From IMG/VR virus record IMGVR_UViG_3300030329_002153, positions 1-58,673 of that record: DNA of 58,673 nucleotides. One strand, written 5' to 3'. The notes beneath the pieces are model-generated. The model had not been told where the DNA came from and ran no database searches. It was given only the letters and a program-made list of their open reading frames with translations. This document shows, in pieces, positions 10,500 to 19,080 of the stretch (positions are counted from its first letter, which is position 1; the number at the start of each line of letters is the position of its first letter). The position numbers and the translations under genes are program-made. The DNA comes from a virus. Taxonomy: Duplodnaviria > Caudoviricetes.

Positions 10500-10534
10500 C
10501 CTGCCATTTCTCCACGGGAATGGCAGGTTTTTTT
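10500..10534 (+). terminator. Rho-independent terminator ending the late operon
   Basis: cctgccatt..aatggcagg stem followed by T7. Confidence 0.8.
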
Positions 10535-10562
10535 CCCCACCACCAGTAACGTAAGCGTGCCA

Positions 10563-10745
10563 ATGTCTTCAGAAGTAATGAACCAGATCCACACGGTCAA
10601 GGAAGTGGCGGGCATCCTAGGTGTAACGGACAGCTACATAAGAAGGCTGTGCCTTGAGAATAAGCTGGGCACCCGGAAGGGTAGAGACCGTTTGCTCACC
10701 AACGACGATATCCAGCAGCTTCGGAAAATACTTCCGAACGCCTAG
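10563..10745 (+). CDS. Excisionase/MerR-like HTH DNA-binding protein
   Basis: HTVKEVAGILGVTDSYIRRLC..KL...K.GR..L pattern (HTH_17-like); start could be 10578. Confidence 0.75.
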   Translation: MSSEVMNQIHTVKEVAGILGVTDSYIRRLCLENKLGTRKGRDRLLTNDDIQQLRKILPNA

Positions 10746-10755
10746 CTTTTTCTGC

Positions 10756-10784
10756 TTGACACCTTTCACGCATGCGTCTATAGT
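10756..10784 (+). promoter_or_regulatory. Sigma70-type promoter of the csrA/DNA-metabolism operon
   Basis: TTGACA-17-TATAGT; palindrome ACGCATGCGT at 10768-10777 and again at 10800-10809. Confidence 0.85.
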
Positions 10785-10824
10785 TGCGTCCCACACAGAA
10801 CGCATGCGTGAGAGGAGAGAATGG

Positions 10825-11007
10825 ATGCTGGTTCTTGCAAGGCGTGAAGAGGAGCGAGTTCGTATAGGCGACGGGATCTGGGTCACCGTGCTGGAGATCC
10901 GAGAGAACTGTGTGCGTCTGGGGTTCGACGCCCCTCCCGCCATCCCCGTCCTGAGAGAAGAGATCGTTGAGGAGGGCGACCATGCCGAAGCTGTACGAGT
11001 TGGCTGA
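10825..11007 (+). CDS. csrA: Carbon storage regulator CsrA/RsmA homologue
   Basis: MLVLARREEERVRIGDGIWVTVLEIRENCVRLGFDAPPAIPVLREEI matches the CsrA pattern including the RNA-binding Arg in REE; GAGGAG RBS. Confidence 0.92.
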   Translation: MLVLARREEERVRIGDGIWVTVLEIRENCVRLGFDAPPAIPVLREEIVEEGDHAEAVRVG

Positions 11008-11479
11008 GGAGTTCGACGAGATATACCGGGAGATTTCTGAAGCTAATCCAGACGAGGACTTCTCGGACGACCTCAAGGAAAGGCTACGCAAGGCAGAGGG
11101 CAACTTCGAAGACAAGCTGATCTCTTGCGTGAAGGTACTGAAGACCCTCAACGCCGAGGCAGATGTGTGTCGCAGTGAGGCCGACCGGCTGACCAAACGC
11201 GCACGCTCGTTCGCACGCAACGCAGACTCCCTGAAGGAATACGTCAAGGAGTGCATGCTTTCTTCTGGAATGTTGCGTGTAAAGTCCTCGCTGTTCAACA
11301 TCTCAATTGCTGACAACCCACCGGCTGTGGATGTGTTCGACATTGACAACATCCCAGAGGAGTTTACGGTGGCTGTCCCAAGGAAGGTGTCCAAGGCTGA
11401 CATCAAGCTGGCTATTGAGCGGGGCGAGGAAGTTCCGGGGGCCACGCTGGTTCGTTCACAAGGTGTAAGGATCAGATAA
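10982..11479 (+). CDS. Siphovirus Gp157-family protein
   Basis: MPKLYEL start, coiled coil, C-terminal K..IK.A...GEEVPGA.L......IR. Confidence 0.85.
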   Translation: MPKLYELAEEFDEIYREISEANPDEDFSDDLKERLRKAEGNFEDKLISCVKVLKTLNAEADVCRSEADRLTKRARSFARNADSLKEYVKECMLSSGMLRVKSSLFNISIADNPPAVDVFDIDNIPEEFTVAVPRKVSKADIKLAIERGEEVPGATLVRSQGVRIR

Positions 11480-12174
11480 TGGCGAAGAAGAAGCAGGCGA
11501 CAGAGCTTATCAAGGCAACATTGAAGAAGTATGACCTTGATCTGGAAACAGCATGCTGGGATTGCCACGGACAGTGGGTCATCCTTCACAAGGCATGCCA
11601 GATCATCGCCATCAAGGCGGGCATCGAGTGGCACCAACCTGAGATTATCCACAGTGATCCGGAAAAGAAGACAGTTGTCCTCTTAGTCCGTGGCTCGATG
11701 CCCGCCGATGACACAGTGAGGGAGGAGTGGTCCTTCGGAGAAGCCTCCCCTTACAACAATAAGAATAGCTACCCGTATGCCATGGCAGAAAAGAGAGGAA
11801 AAGATCGGGTCATCCTTTCATTGGCCGGTCTTCATGGGTATGTTTATTCCGACATTGAGGCCGACGACTTCAAGGAGTCTAAGCCTGTGGCAGAGCCTGA
11901 GCCTGCGGCAGAGGAGGAGTCGTCTCCAAAGAAGAGGGATTACGTCAAGGAGTTGAACACACAGCTTCAGCGTGCAGGGTGTACCAACCCAGAGGACGCC
12001 GGGATGGTATGCACTTGGATCTGGGAAGGGGTGTCCATCACCGTTGACGAGGCGCGTGGCAACTATGAAACAGCACGCACGACTGTCCGGATGTTGCAGG
12101 AAAAGATAAACAACGGGGTTCCGTTGAACAGAGTGTTGGATGAAGCGAGAAACTTTCACCAGAATAAAGGTTGA
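11479..12174 (+). CDS. Conserved phage protein, possible ssDNA-annealing recombinase
   Basis: WSFGEASP.NN.NSYPYAMAEKRGKDRVIL motif; follows gp157. Confidence 0.5.
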   Translation: MAKKKQATELIKATLKKYDLDLETACWDCHGQWVILHKACQIIAIKAGIEWHQPEIIHSDPEKKTVVLLVRGSMPADDTVREEWSFGEASPYNNKNSYPYAMAEKRGKDRVILSLAGLHGYVYSDIEADDFKESKPVAEPEPAAEEESSPKKRDYVKELNTQLQRAGCTNPEDAGMVCTWIWEGVSITVDEARGNYETARTTVRMLQEKINNGVPLNRVLDEARNFHQNKG

Positions 12175-12179
12175 ATCTG

Positions 12180-12479
12180 ATGGGTAAGTGGAGCGACGAC
12201 AGGCGACAGGCACACTCCGAGGCGATGCGCAAGGCGTGGATCACCAGAAGGAGGAACCGCCAGACCACCAAGACAAAGGCCCAAACGACGACTCGGGCCA
12301 TGAACAGGATTGAAGCGGCGTCGACATTCGTCCGCACTTGCGGAGGGATTGAGACTGCGAAGAAAGTTCTGCGTGCTTTTGAGCAGCTTGGCGGGACCGC
12401 CGGGGCGCGAAAGAGTATCGCTCTTGTTGACACACTGAATAGCAAGGACGGCACCACGAATGGAAATCACTCAGGTTGA
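12180..12479 (+). CDS. Small basic hypothetical protein, possibly DNA-binding
   Basis: Arg/Lys-rich N-terminus RRQAHSEAMRKAW; in-operon position. Confidence 0.55.
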   Translation: MGKWSDDRRQAHSEAMRKAWITRRRNRQTTKTKAQTTTRAMNRIEAASTFVRTCGGIETAKKVLRAFEQLGGTAGARKSIALVDTLNSKDGTTNGNHSG

Positions 12480-13353
12480 TCCGCACTCACTGAAGAACCA
12501 CCCGACAAACATTGAAATCTATGGTGACGTTGCCGACGACGACTTTGTTGACTCGTGCCGCAACGGAATCCTTGAGCCAATCATAGCCACCTCCGACGAT
12601 GTCATCGTCAGTGGTCACCGCCGGGTTCAGGCCAGCCGTATTCTTCAACACAAGGCTGTCCCTGTTCTTTACCGGGAAGACCTTGTCGACCCTCTGGATA
12701 TTGAGGAGGCTCTCCTGCTTGCAAACAAGCAGCGAGAGAAGACGAACGAGCAGAAGACTCGTGAGTACCGGCGACTCCTCGACATCGAGAAGCAGCGTGC
12801 TGCCATCAGGCAGAAGTCTGGAACCCCCGCCCCAGAGGGGGACAAAGGTCGGGCGGATGAACGGGCGGCAGCTTCGGCTGGTATGAACGTCAAGACTGCA
12901 CGCAAGGCATCCAAGGTTATGGATGTCATTGAAGCAGCGGAAGAGAGTGGTGACTCAGACGCAGCCAAGAAGCTATCCGACACCCTGAACAAGAATGTTG
13001 CCAAGGCGCACCGGGAAGCCACAAAGAAAGACACTCCGAAGCCAGACGGGGTGGGCATCCCCGCTTCCTTGGACCCAACATTCGATTCGTTACCTGTGTT
13101 CCAGTCACTGGTTACCAAGGTTGGCAACCTCAAGTCTGAGATTGCAAACCTGTCTGACTGCGAGGGCGGGGAGAGGATCCACCTCCCAGAGGTGGACATC
13201 TACCTGAACGACGTGGCATCGCACCTGAAGGCTGCACGACCGCACACCGTCTGCCCCTACTGTGGTGGCAATGGATGTGCTGAGTGTGACGAGCTTGGCT
13301 GGGTACACCAGAACAGGTACGACGGGTTCCCGAAGGAGATCAAGGGTGCGTGA
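12460..13353 (+). CDS. ParB/Srx N-terminal domain protein with C-terminal Cys motif
   Basis: LKNHPTN..IY, GILEPI, IVSGHRRVQA; C-terminal CPYCGGNGCAEC. Confidence 0.85.
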   Translation: MEITQVDPHSLKNHPTNIEIYGDVADDDFVDSCRNGILEPIIATSDDVIVSGHRRVQASRILQHKAVPVLYREDLVDPLDIEEALLLANKQREKTNEQKTREYRRLLDIEKQRAAIRQKSGTPAPEGDKGRADERAAASAGMNVKTARKASKVMDVIEAAEESGDSDAAKKLSDTLNKNVAKAHREATKKDTPKPDGVGIPASLDPTFDSLPVFQSLVTKVGNLKSEIANLSDCEGGERIHLPEVDIYLNDVASHLKAARPHTVCPYCGGNGCAECDELGWVHQNRYDGFPKEIKGA

Positions 13354-13403
13354 CCCGATGTGGTAAACTGGTGTTGAGCAGGACCACAAAAGGGAGGCGT
13401 ATC

Positions 13404-13586
13404 GTGGAAAGGATTCCAAACTGCCCTGAGTGCAGGGACCATCCTCTACTGGAGGAGTTGAAGAAAGACCCAACCACCGGAAAGTTCTGGTTCTTCGTGA
13501 GATGTCAGGCGTGTACACGCACAACAGTTGGACACAACATGCAAGAGGCAATCAACACTTGGATGGAGATGTGTAGAAAGGGGTAG
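13404..13586 (+). CDS. Small zinc-ribbon protein (Lar-like)
   Basis: CPEC...VRCQAC...EAINTW; GGGAGG RBS before a GTG start. Confidence 0.55.
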   Translation: MERIPNCPECRDHPLLEELKKDPTTGKFWFFVRCQACTRTTVGHNMQEAINTWMEMCRKG

Positions 13587-13587
13587 A

Positions 13588-15285
13588 GTGGCTGCAACAC
13601 TGCGGGACTATCAGTTGCAGGCCAAGCAGGACTCGATGTCGAGGTTCTCGAATGGGGTTCGAAGCGGCCTGATCGTTATGCCAACAGGAACAGGGAAGAC
13701 AGAGACCTTCCTTTCCATTGCACACAACTGGCCACAAGGACACGTCCTTGTTCTGGCTCACAGAGAGGAGTTGATCTGGCAACCGTGGCGACGGTGGAAG
13801 AAGAACACCGGAGAGTACGGCGACATCGAGATGGCTGAGTACCGCCGACCAAGGCTCAGTCTTTCCAACATAACATTCGCCTCAAAGGACACGCTGTACC
13901 GGGACCGCAGGTTGAGGGGTGCGTTCCCTGACCCGAAGAAGGTGGGGCTTATCATCATAGATGAGGCCCACCATGCCGTCCGGTCGAACAAGACTTACCA
14001 GAAGATACTGGATTACTTCGACCACCCAGACCTGTGTGTGCTGGGGGTGACTGCCACCCCTGACCGGGCAGACGAGAAGGCTCTCGGTCAAACATTCGAC
14101 GAGGTGCTATTCGATTACCCGCTACTGGATCCCAACGGTGGACCCAGTGCCATCAGTGATGGGTGGTTGTGCCCCATCCGGCAGCAGTATGTCACCGTCG
14201 AGGAGCTAAACTTCGACAGCATCTCCTGCCGGGGTGGTGACTTCGTGGACGCTGCCCTTGAGAGAGAGTTGGTGCGAGAACGGATTCTCCACCGGCTCAC
14301 CTCCCCCACCATACAGATGTCTGATGGGCAGACACTTGTCTTCTCGGCTGGGGTGAAGCAGGCCAGTCGGATGACGGAGATATTCAACCGGTACAAGCCA
14401 GCCAGTTCTTACTGTCTGGTCAGCCGGGTTGACAAGGACGACAAGCACGACGCAGTCATCCTGTCTCACGACAAGCAGGACAGACGCCGGATGCTGGACA
14501 ACTTCAGCAAGGGGGCGTTTCAGTTTGCAGTGAATGTTGGATGCTTGACCGAGGGGTTCGACTCACCTGCCGTTCGCACCCTGTCCATGGGAAGGATGAC
14601 AAGGAGCCGCAGCCTGTACGCACAGATGGCAGGGCGTGGCACAAGAGTCCTTCCCAATGTTATTGAGGGTGATGGCTGGAGGTTCGACACACCAGACGAG
14701 AGGAAGGCGGCTATCAAAGATAGTGATAAGCCCTACGTCACGATATTAGATTTCGTGGGGAACTCTCGGCACTCGCTTGTGTCTGCTGCTGACATACTGG
14801 GTGGCAGTTACGACGATGACGTTGTCGACAGGGCCAAGAGCAACGCCAAGTCTAAGGATGAGCGGGACGAAGTGGATGTGGCCGAGGAACTTCGCAAGGC
14901 AGCGGAGGAGGTTCGGGTCGAGAAGGAGAAGCGAGCAAGGATACGGGCGACCGCCAAGGTGAAGACTCGTACTGTCGATGTCTTCGGTGCCATCGGTGTT
15001 GTCTCCACACGGGAGCCGGGCTGGCACAAGGGAAGGCAGCCAACCACCAAGCAGCGTCAGGCACTGGAGAAGTTCAAGGTCGAGCCGCACGTCGTGGAGT
15101 CGATGTCTTTTCATCAGGCCAGCCAAGCACTGGACTCCCTCATCGACAGGTCTCGTCGTGGCCTTGCCACCTATAAGCAGTGCAAGCTGTTGAAGAAACA
15201 TAATGTTGGAACCAAAGACCTGACATTCAAGAAGGCGTCGTACCTCATCGGTCGTCTGGCTCGCAACAACTGGAGGCACCTGTGA
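13588..15285 (+). CDS. Superfamily 2 DEAH helicase (RadD/Res-like)
   Basis: LRDYQ, PTGTGKT, DEAHH, TATPDR, LTEGFD, QMAGRGTR motifs. Confidence 0.95.
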   Translation: MAATLRDYQLQAKQDSMSRFSNGVRSGLIVMPTGTGKTETFLSIAHNWPQGHVLVLAHREELIWQPWRRWKKNTGEYGDIEMAEYRRPRLSLSNITFASKDTLYRDRRLRGAFPDPKKVGLIIIDEAHHAVRSNKTYQKILDYFDHPDLCVLGVTATPDRADEKALGQTFDEVLFDYPLLDPNGGPSAISDGWLCPIRQQYVTVEELNFDSISCRGGDFVDAALERELVRERILHRLTSPTIQMSDGQTLVFSAGVKQASRMTEIFNRYKPASSYCLVSRVDKDDKHDAVILSHDKQDRRRMLDNFSKGAFQFAVNVGCLTEGFDSPAVRTLSMGRMTRSRSLYAQMAGRGTRVLPNVIEGDGWRFDTPDERKAAIKDSDKPYVTILDFVGNSRHSLVSAADILGGSYDDDVVDRAKSNAKSKDERDEVDVAEELRKAAEEVRVEKEKRARIRATAKVKTRTVDVFGAIGVVSTREPGWHKGRQPTTKQRQALEKFKVEPHVVESMSFHQASQALDSLIDRSRRGLATYKQCKLLKKHNVGTKDLTFKKASYLIGRLARNNWRHL

Positions 15286-15674
15286 GGTGCAGCACAAACT
15301 CATTTGTGACACCGCAGTATGAACTTCAGTTGATTGCCGTGGGTATGCTGCTGGCCAAGCCTTCGCTGCTGGATTCCGTAGCACCAGAGGACTTCGCGGA
15401 CAGCGAGTTGAATGCTTTGGTTGGAATGCTGAAGGTGCTGGACAACGGGGAGAGGAAGGGTGAGCTTCGCAGTTGGCTCAACAACAAGGGGTGTAAGTAT
15501 GACGGCAACGCAGTCGAGACAGTGCTGGACAGGGTGAAGCTCGATGGGAAGTACGGCAAGGCTTTGCATTTCATCACCCGTATGTCTGAACTGGCAGAGG
15601 ATGGCAGCGAGAAAGGGAAGAGGGAATTTGTCAGAGCGTTAGTCAATGCCAAGCAACTGCTTGGTTTTGAATAG
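15282..15674 (+). CDS. Hypothetical protein, weak resemblance to the DnaB N-terminal domain
   Basis: 130-aa ORF overlapping the helicase stop; GMLL..P......APEDF. Confidence 0.45.
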   Translation: MRCSTNSFVTPQYELQLIAVGMLLAKPSLLDSVAPEDFADSELNALVGMLKVLDNGERKGELRSWLNNKGCKYDGNAVETVLDRVKLDGKYGKALHFITRMSELAEDGSEKGKREFVRALVNAKQLLGFE

Positions 15675-15952
15675 CCCAGCACTGTGCCGCTGGGTTACAA
15701 TCTATTCTGATTGTGTGGCACGGCCCCCGTCTGGAGCGTGGGACTGGCGATGGACACTGAAGCCTCGCTGGGAAATACCATCCCTCCAGACGTGGACGTG
15801 AGGTCTTTGATGCAGCGTCGGTAAACAATTGCGGCGGGGGTAGGGGTAATGGAAAAAGACTGGGAGCAAGAAGCAAAAGAGATTATCGAGCCGTACTCGG
15901 ATGGGGTCGGGGAGGCTGTGATCCACCCAGAGATTCAGGAAAGAATCGAGAG

Positions 15953-16354
15953 ATGCCTAAGAAATTGCCAGCAAGGGAAGAGTTCACAATCGTAATGACT
16001 CTTCCGGACAAGAGTTTGTCACCAAACTCTCGGAGTCACTGGGCTGTGAAGTCTCGACACAAGGCTGCCCACCGAAACGAGGCAGCGGTACTGACACGTC
16101 AGGCTCTGGTGGATGTGGGTCTAGGAGTGGACTGGTCCACCGTCTTGGTCAAGCCCTACTTCTTCTACCCCACGAAGAGGAAGAGGGACAGGGACAACTG
16201 TTCTGCAATGTTGAAGGCAGCAAGGGACGGCATAGCCGATGCACTCCGAGAGTGGGGCATCATCGAGGATGACGACTGCTTCATCCCGATGCCGTCGTCC
16301 ATCTCGGTGGATCGCGAACGTCCTCGTGTGGAGATTGTTATCTCCAACCAGTAA
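15953..16354 (+). CDS. RusA-like Holliday junction resolvase
   Basis: LSPN.R.HW, RDRDN...MLKA..DGIADAL, IEDD, PRVEI. Confidence 0.85.
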   Translation: MPKKLPAREEFTIVMTLPDKSLSPNSRSHWAVKSRHKAAHRNEAAVLTRQALVDVGLGVDWSTVLVKPYFFYPTKRKRDRDNCSAMLKAARDGIADALREWGIIEDDDCFIPMPSSISVDRERPRVEIVISNQ

Positions 16355-16359
16355 GTTTT

Positions 16360-16599
16360 TTAACTGGTCGGCCTATTCACGTTTGCGTGTTCGAGTCCAA
16401 GCAGCCAGTCCGTACTAACCCCCAGAGGGATAGCCAGACGGGCCAGTGCCCAAGCGTAGATGTCATACCGACCGCTTTCCCAATGGGAAACATTGGACTG
16501 ATAGGTGTTCGCTCTGTCTGCTAGTTCTCTCTGAGTCCAGCCCTTGCTGATGCGTGCTTCCCGCAGGCGTTGGCCGATTTCCTTGGCCGACGCAGTCAT
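16360..16599 (-). CDS. XRE-family HTH transcriptional regulator
   Basis: IGQRLREAR..KGWTQRELA.....QSNVSHWESG...LGVSTDWLLG. Confidence 0.9.
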   Translation of the reverse strand: MTASAKEIGQRLREARISKGWTQRELADRANTYQSNVSHWESGRYDIYAWALARLAIPLGVSTDWLLGLEHANVNRPTS

Positions 16600-16637
16600 G
16601 CTATTGACCGCCGCTCTTATTTATAACATTGTGAATG

Positions 16638-16690
16638 TAGGGGGTGGCATCCATGCCAGCCCCCTAGGAACCAGCAGGCATCCTGCCCGC
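16638..16690 (-). promoter_or_regulatory. Two GGA-loop hairpins upstream of the XRE gene (candidate CsrA sites or REP-like elements)
   Basis: Minus strand: gcgggcaGGAtgcctgc and ggggctggcatGGAtgccacccc. Confidence 0.55.
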
Positions 16691-16725
16691 ATCACCCGAT
16701 AACATTTTACGAGAAGGGGACGCCG

Positions 16726-16929
16726 ATGGACATTCGATTTCCAGAGTCTCACCCAATTTGGTCCATACTCAGAACGGTCATCCTTATTCTGGGCCTTACT
16801 GGACTGCTCTACCTGAACGCCAACAACTTCGATGCGACTGAGTTGACAACAATCATTGAGATGATTGTGCTTGCTGGCGGGTTCGAAGCAGCCAAGAAAG
16901 TTCTCGCCAAAAAAGACAGTGGAGGTTGA
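16726..16929 (+). CDS. Holin-like small membrane protein
   Basis: 67 aa, two hydrophobic segments, basic C-terminus; AAGGGG RBS. Confidence 0.55.
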   Translation: MDIRFPESHPIWSILRTVILILGLTGLLYLNANNFDATELTTIIEMIVLAGGFEAAKKVLAKKDSGG

Positions 16930-16953
16930 CACCACGCACGGGCGCGTTACCAT
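16926..16953 (+). promoter_or_regulatory. Possible sigma70 promoter in front of the protease
   Basis: TTGACA-16-TACCAT. Confidence 0.4.
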
Positions 16954-16975
16954 ACACACCATGGTTATGGTAAGG

Positions 16976-17884
16976 ATGAATACCCTTGCGGTAATTCTGA
17001 TGGCCTGCTTGCAGGTCAGTGCGGCAGAACCCCTGACCTCCAGCCGGGAAAGACTGGCGAGTGTGGAGGTCGGCGGGTGTTCTGGTACTATCATCTCAGT
17101 GAATGGTAAGCGTGCGTTCGGGTTGTCGGTTGCACACTGTGCCAAGGTTGGTGACAAGGTTAGGCTGACATTCGCTGACGGCAGCACTGGTGGTGGGAAG
17201 TGGGTCATGGCAGATCAGGCGAGGGATCTCAGCCTGTTCGAGTGTAAGAGTAGCGACATCCTAGGACACACCCCGTTAGGGGTGAGGTCAACAGCGGTCA
17301 CCGCACTGGGTCGGCACGGCAGAAAAAGAATTGAATACTCCGCTGAAGAAGAGGTGACGGATGTCAGTAGCGGGAAGAAGATACGCCGCTCTGAGTACCT
17401 GATGAGTGATGGTGTTCTGAAGAACGGTGACTCGGGCGGCGGTGTGTTTGCACTTGGTAAGTTGTGTGGTGTGATCTCCCATGGGCACGACGACGACAAG
17501 ATGTATGCGTGTCGTGAGTCAGACCTGAAGGTGTTCATTCTCTCAGGTGAGAGGCAGCTTGGTCTGGACCTAAGTCCAGAGGGTTGGGGGGACAAAGATA
17601 GAACAAGAGAAATCCTTGCCTTGAAGAACAGGGTGAAGGAACTTGAGGATGCACTGGCCGACATCCGTTCCCAACTGGCGGATGTCGGGAAGGCTGGTCC
17701 TGTTGGTCCCGCTGGTCCCGCCGGGCCAACAGGACCAGCAGGCAGGGATGGCAAGGATGCCACGGTGGATATGTCTGCTGTGGTGAACCGGATAAAAGAA
17801 TTGGAGTCGTGGCAGGATAACTTCCGAGCCACTGTCCGCATCAGGCTAAGGCCGAAGGAGTTACAAGATGGCGTCGAGCGTTGA
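16976..17884 (+). CDS. Secreted trypsin-like serine protease with coiled coil and collagen-like repeat
   Basis: Signal-like MNTLAVILMACLQVSAAE; catalytic AHC, DLSL, GDSGG; GPVGPAGPAGPTGPAGRDGKD. Confidence 0.9.
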   Translation: MNTLAVILMACLQVSAAEPLTSSRERLASVEVGGCSGTIISVNGKRAFGLSVAHCAKVGDKVRLTFADGSTGGGKWVMADQARDLSLFECKSSDILGHTPLGVRSTAVTALGRHGRKRIEYSAEEEVTDVSSGKKIRRSEYLMSDGVLKNGDSGGGVFALGKLCGVISHGHDDDKMYACRESDLKVFILSGERQLGLDLSPEGWGDKDRTREILALKNRVKELEDALADIRSQLADVGKAGPVGPAGPAGPTGPAGRDGKDATVDMSAVVNRIKELESWQDNFRATVRIRLRPKELQDGVER

Positions 17885-18077
17885 CCTTCAAGCGTTGTTG
17901 GAAGCATCCACTGGCGAGCGTATCGGACGGCAGTCTGACGCACAGCAGACAACATTGGTGTTGATCGACCGGGTCTTCACCAAAACATTGTCCGAGCCTG
18001 ACGTGATGGAGGCTGCCGCTGCACGGCAACTCCTCATGCGTGAAGCTCCCATCGGCAGCAGCAGCCCCGGTAGCTAG
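17868..18077 (+). CDS. Hypothetical 69-aa helical protein
   Basis: AAGGAG RBS; overlaps the protease end. Confidence 0.7.
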   Translation: MASSVDLQALLEASTGERIGRQSDAQQTTLVLIDRVFTKTLSEPDVMEAAAARQLLMREAPIGSSSPGS

Positions 18078-18310
18078 TGTCAGTTGAACTGACCAGTTCG
18101 GAGCAGCGAGGTGAGGCGGCCCGCCTTCTCTCGCTTGATGAGCATGGACTCGAAGTCGAGTCCGTAGCCATGGCCCTGCGCCTGTTCGAGCAACAGGAAA
18201 GGGCCATGGCTAAGCAGGTGGAGATAGATCGTGAGTCAACCACACAACTGCGAGACATTGGCAGCAGAAACCTCTCACCAGAGGAACGTCTGGAAAGCCT
18301 TGATGTCTAA
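18077..18310 (+). CDS. Hypothetical 77-aa coiled-coil protein
   Basis: Coupled TAGTG start; Glu/Arg/Leu-rich. Confidence 0.6.
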   Translation: MSVELTSSEQRGEAARLLSLDEHGLEVESVAMALRLFEQQERAMAKQVEIDRESTTQLRDIGSRNLSPEERLESLDV

Positions 18311-18689
18311 TGTGTGGGCGCACGATGTCATGGAGAGGATGAGACTGCGCCGAAAGGTGGAGGCAAGGCACATGGGGTTAGGTGACATTGATGTTGGGAC
18401 ATTCCCCTCCCATCCACCCAATGTTGTAATCAACGAAGGGAATGGGGCAAGCAAGTTGCTGTCCGGATTGCTTCTGGCTGCCGCCGGGGGTGGTGGGGCA
18501 CTGGGCTTGGCATCATTTTTGTCACCGGCAGTGTCAAGTCCGACACCTGTTGTCGCACCGGATGACAAACCTGTAAGTGCCGATGACAAATCTGTCATCC
18601 CCAGTGAGTTCATCTATGACATCGAGATCATGAGCGTGGACGGAGGGTTGAAAGTCGATGCCACCAGAGTGGACGGAACTGACCAGTGA
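18303..18689 (+). CDS. Hypothetical membrane protein (one Gly-rich TM segment)
   Basis: LLSGLLLAAAGGGGALGLASFL followed by a Pro/Ser linker. Confidence 0.6.
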   Translation: MSNVWAHDVMERMRLRRKVEARHMGLGDIDVGTFPSHPPNVVINEGNGASKLLSGLLLAAAGGGGALGLASFLSPAVSSPTPVVAPDDKPVSADDKSVIPSEFIYDIEIMSVDGGLKVDATRVDGTDQ

Positions 18690-19080
18690 GGACGGGTTCC
18701 TCTACTGCTACAAGTGCGAGGTGCTTCGGGTTGTTGACGGCGACACCGTTGATATCAACCTGAACCTTGGATGCAATGTTGTGTTCAAGGTTAGGACGAG
18801 ACTCATCGGGATCGACGCGCCCGAAATGCGGGGCGACGAGAAGGAGAAGGGCAAAGACGCACGCGACCACTTGGTCAAGCTGTGTTGCCGGTACTCCCTG
18901 AACCTCCGGAAGGAGGGGAAGTTCTCTGGCAATGCCAAGATGTACGTCAGAACCCACAAGGACAAGCAAGGATCCTTCGGCAGATACCTTGTTGAGCTTG
19001 TGGGTCTGGACTCTTATGACAATATTGTAGTCATCAACCAGAAGATGGTTGAGGACGGGCACGCTGTGTCTTCCTTATGA
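18658..19080 (+). CDS. Thermonuclease (SNase-like) family nuclease
   Basis: RVVDGDTVD, RLIGIDAPE, GSFGRYL, INQKMVEDGHA. Confidence 0.93.
   Translation: MPPEWTELTSEDGFLYCYKCEVLRVVDGDTVDINLNLGCNVVFKVRTRLIGIDAPEMRGDEKEKGKDARDHLVKLCCRYSLNLRKEGKFSGNAKMYVRTHKDKQGSFGRYLVELVGLDSYDNIVVINQKMVEDGHAVSSL

Noticed and set aside
16604-16632. Plus-strand promoter TTGACC...TATAAC for the holin-like gene
   Set aside because: The spacing is only 12 nt, so it is not supportable as a canonical promoter.
17750-17761. ggcaaGGAtgcc as another CsrA hairpin
   Set aside because: It lies inside the protease CDS and is explained by codons of the common collagen-end motif GKDA.
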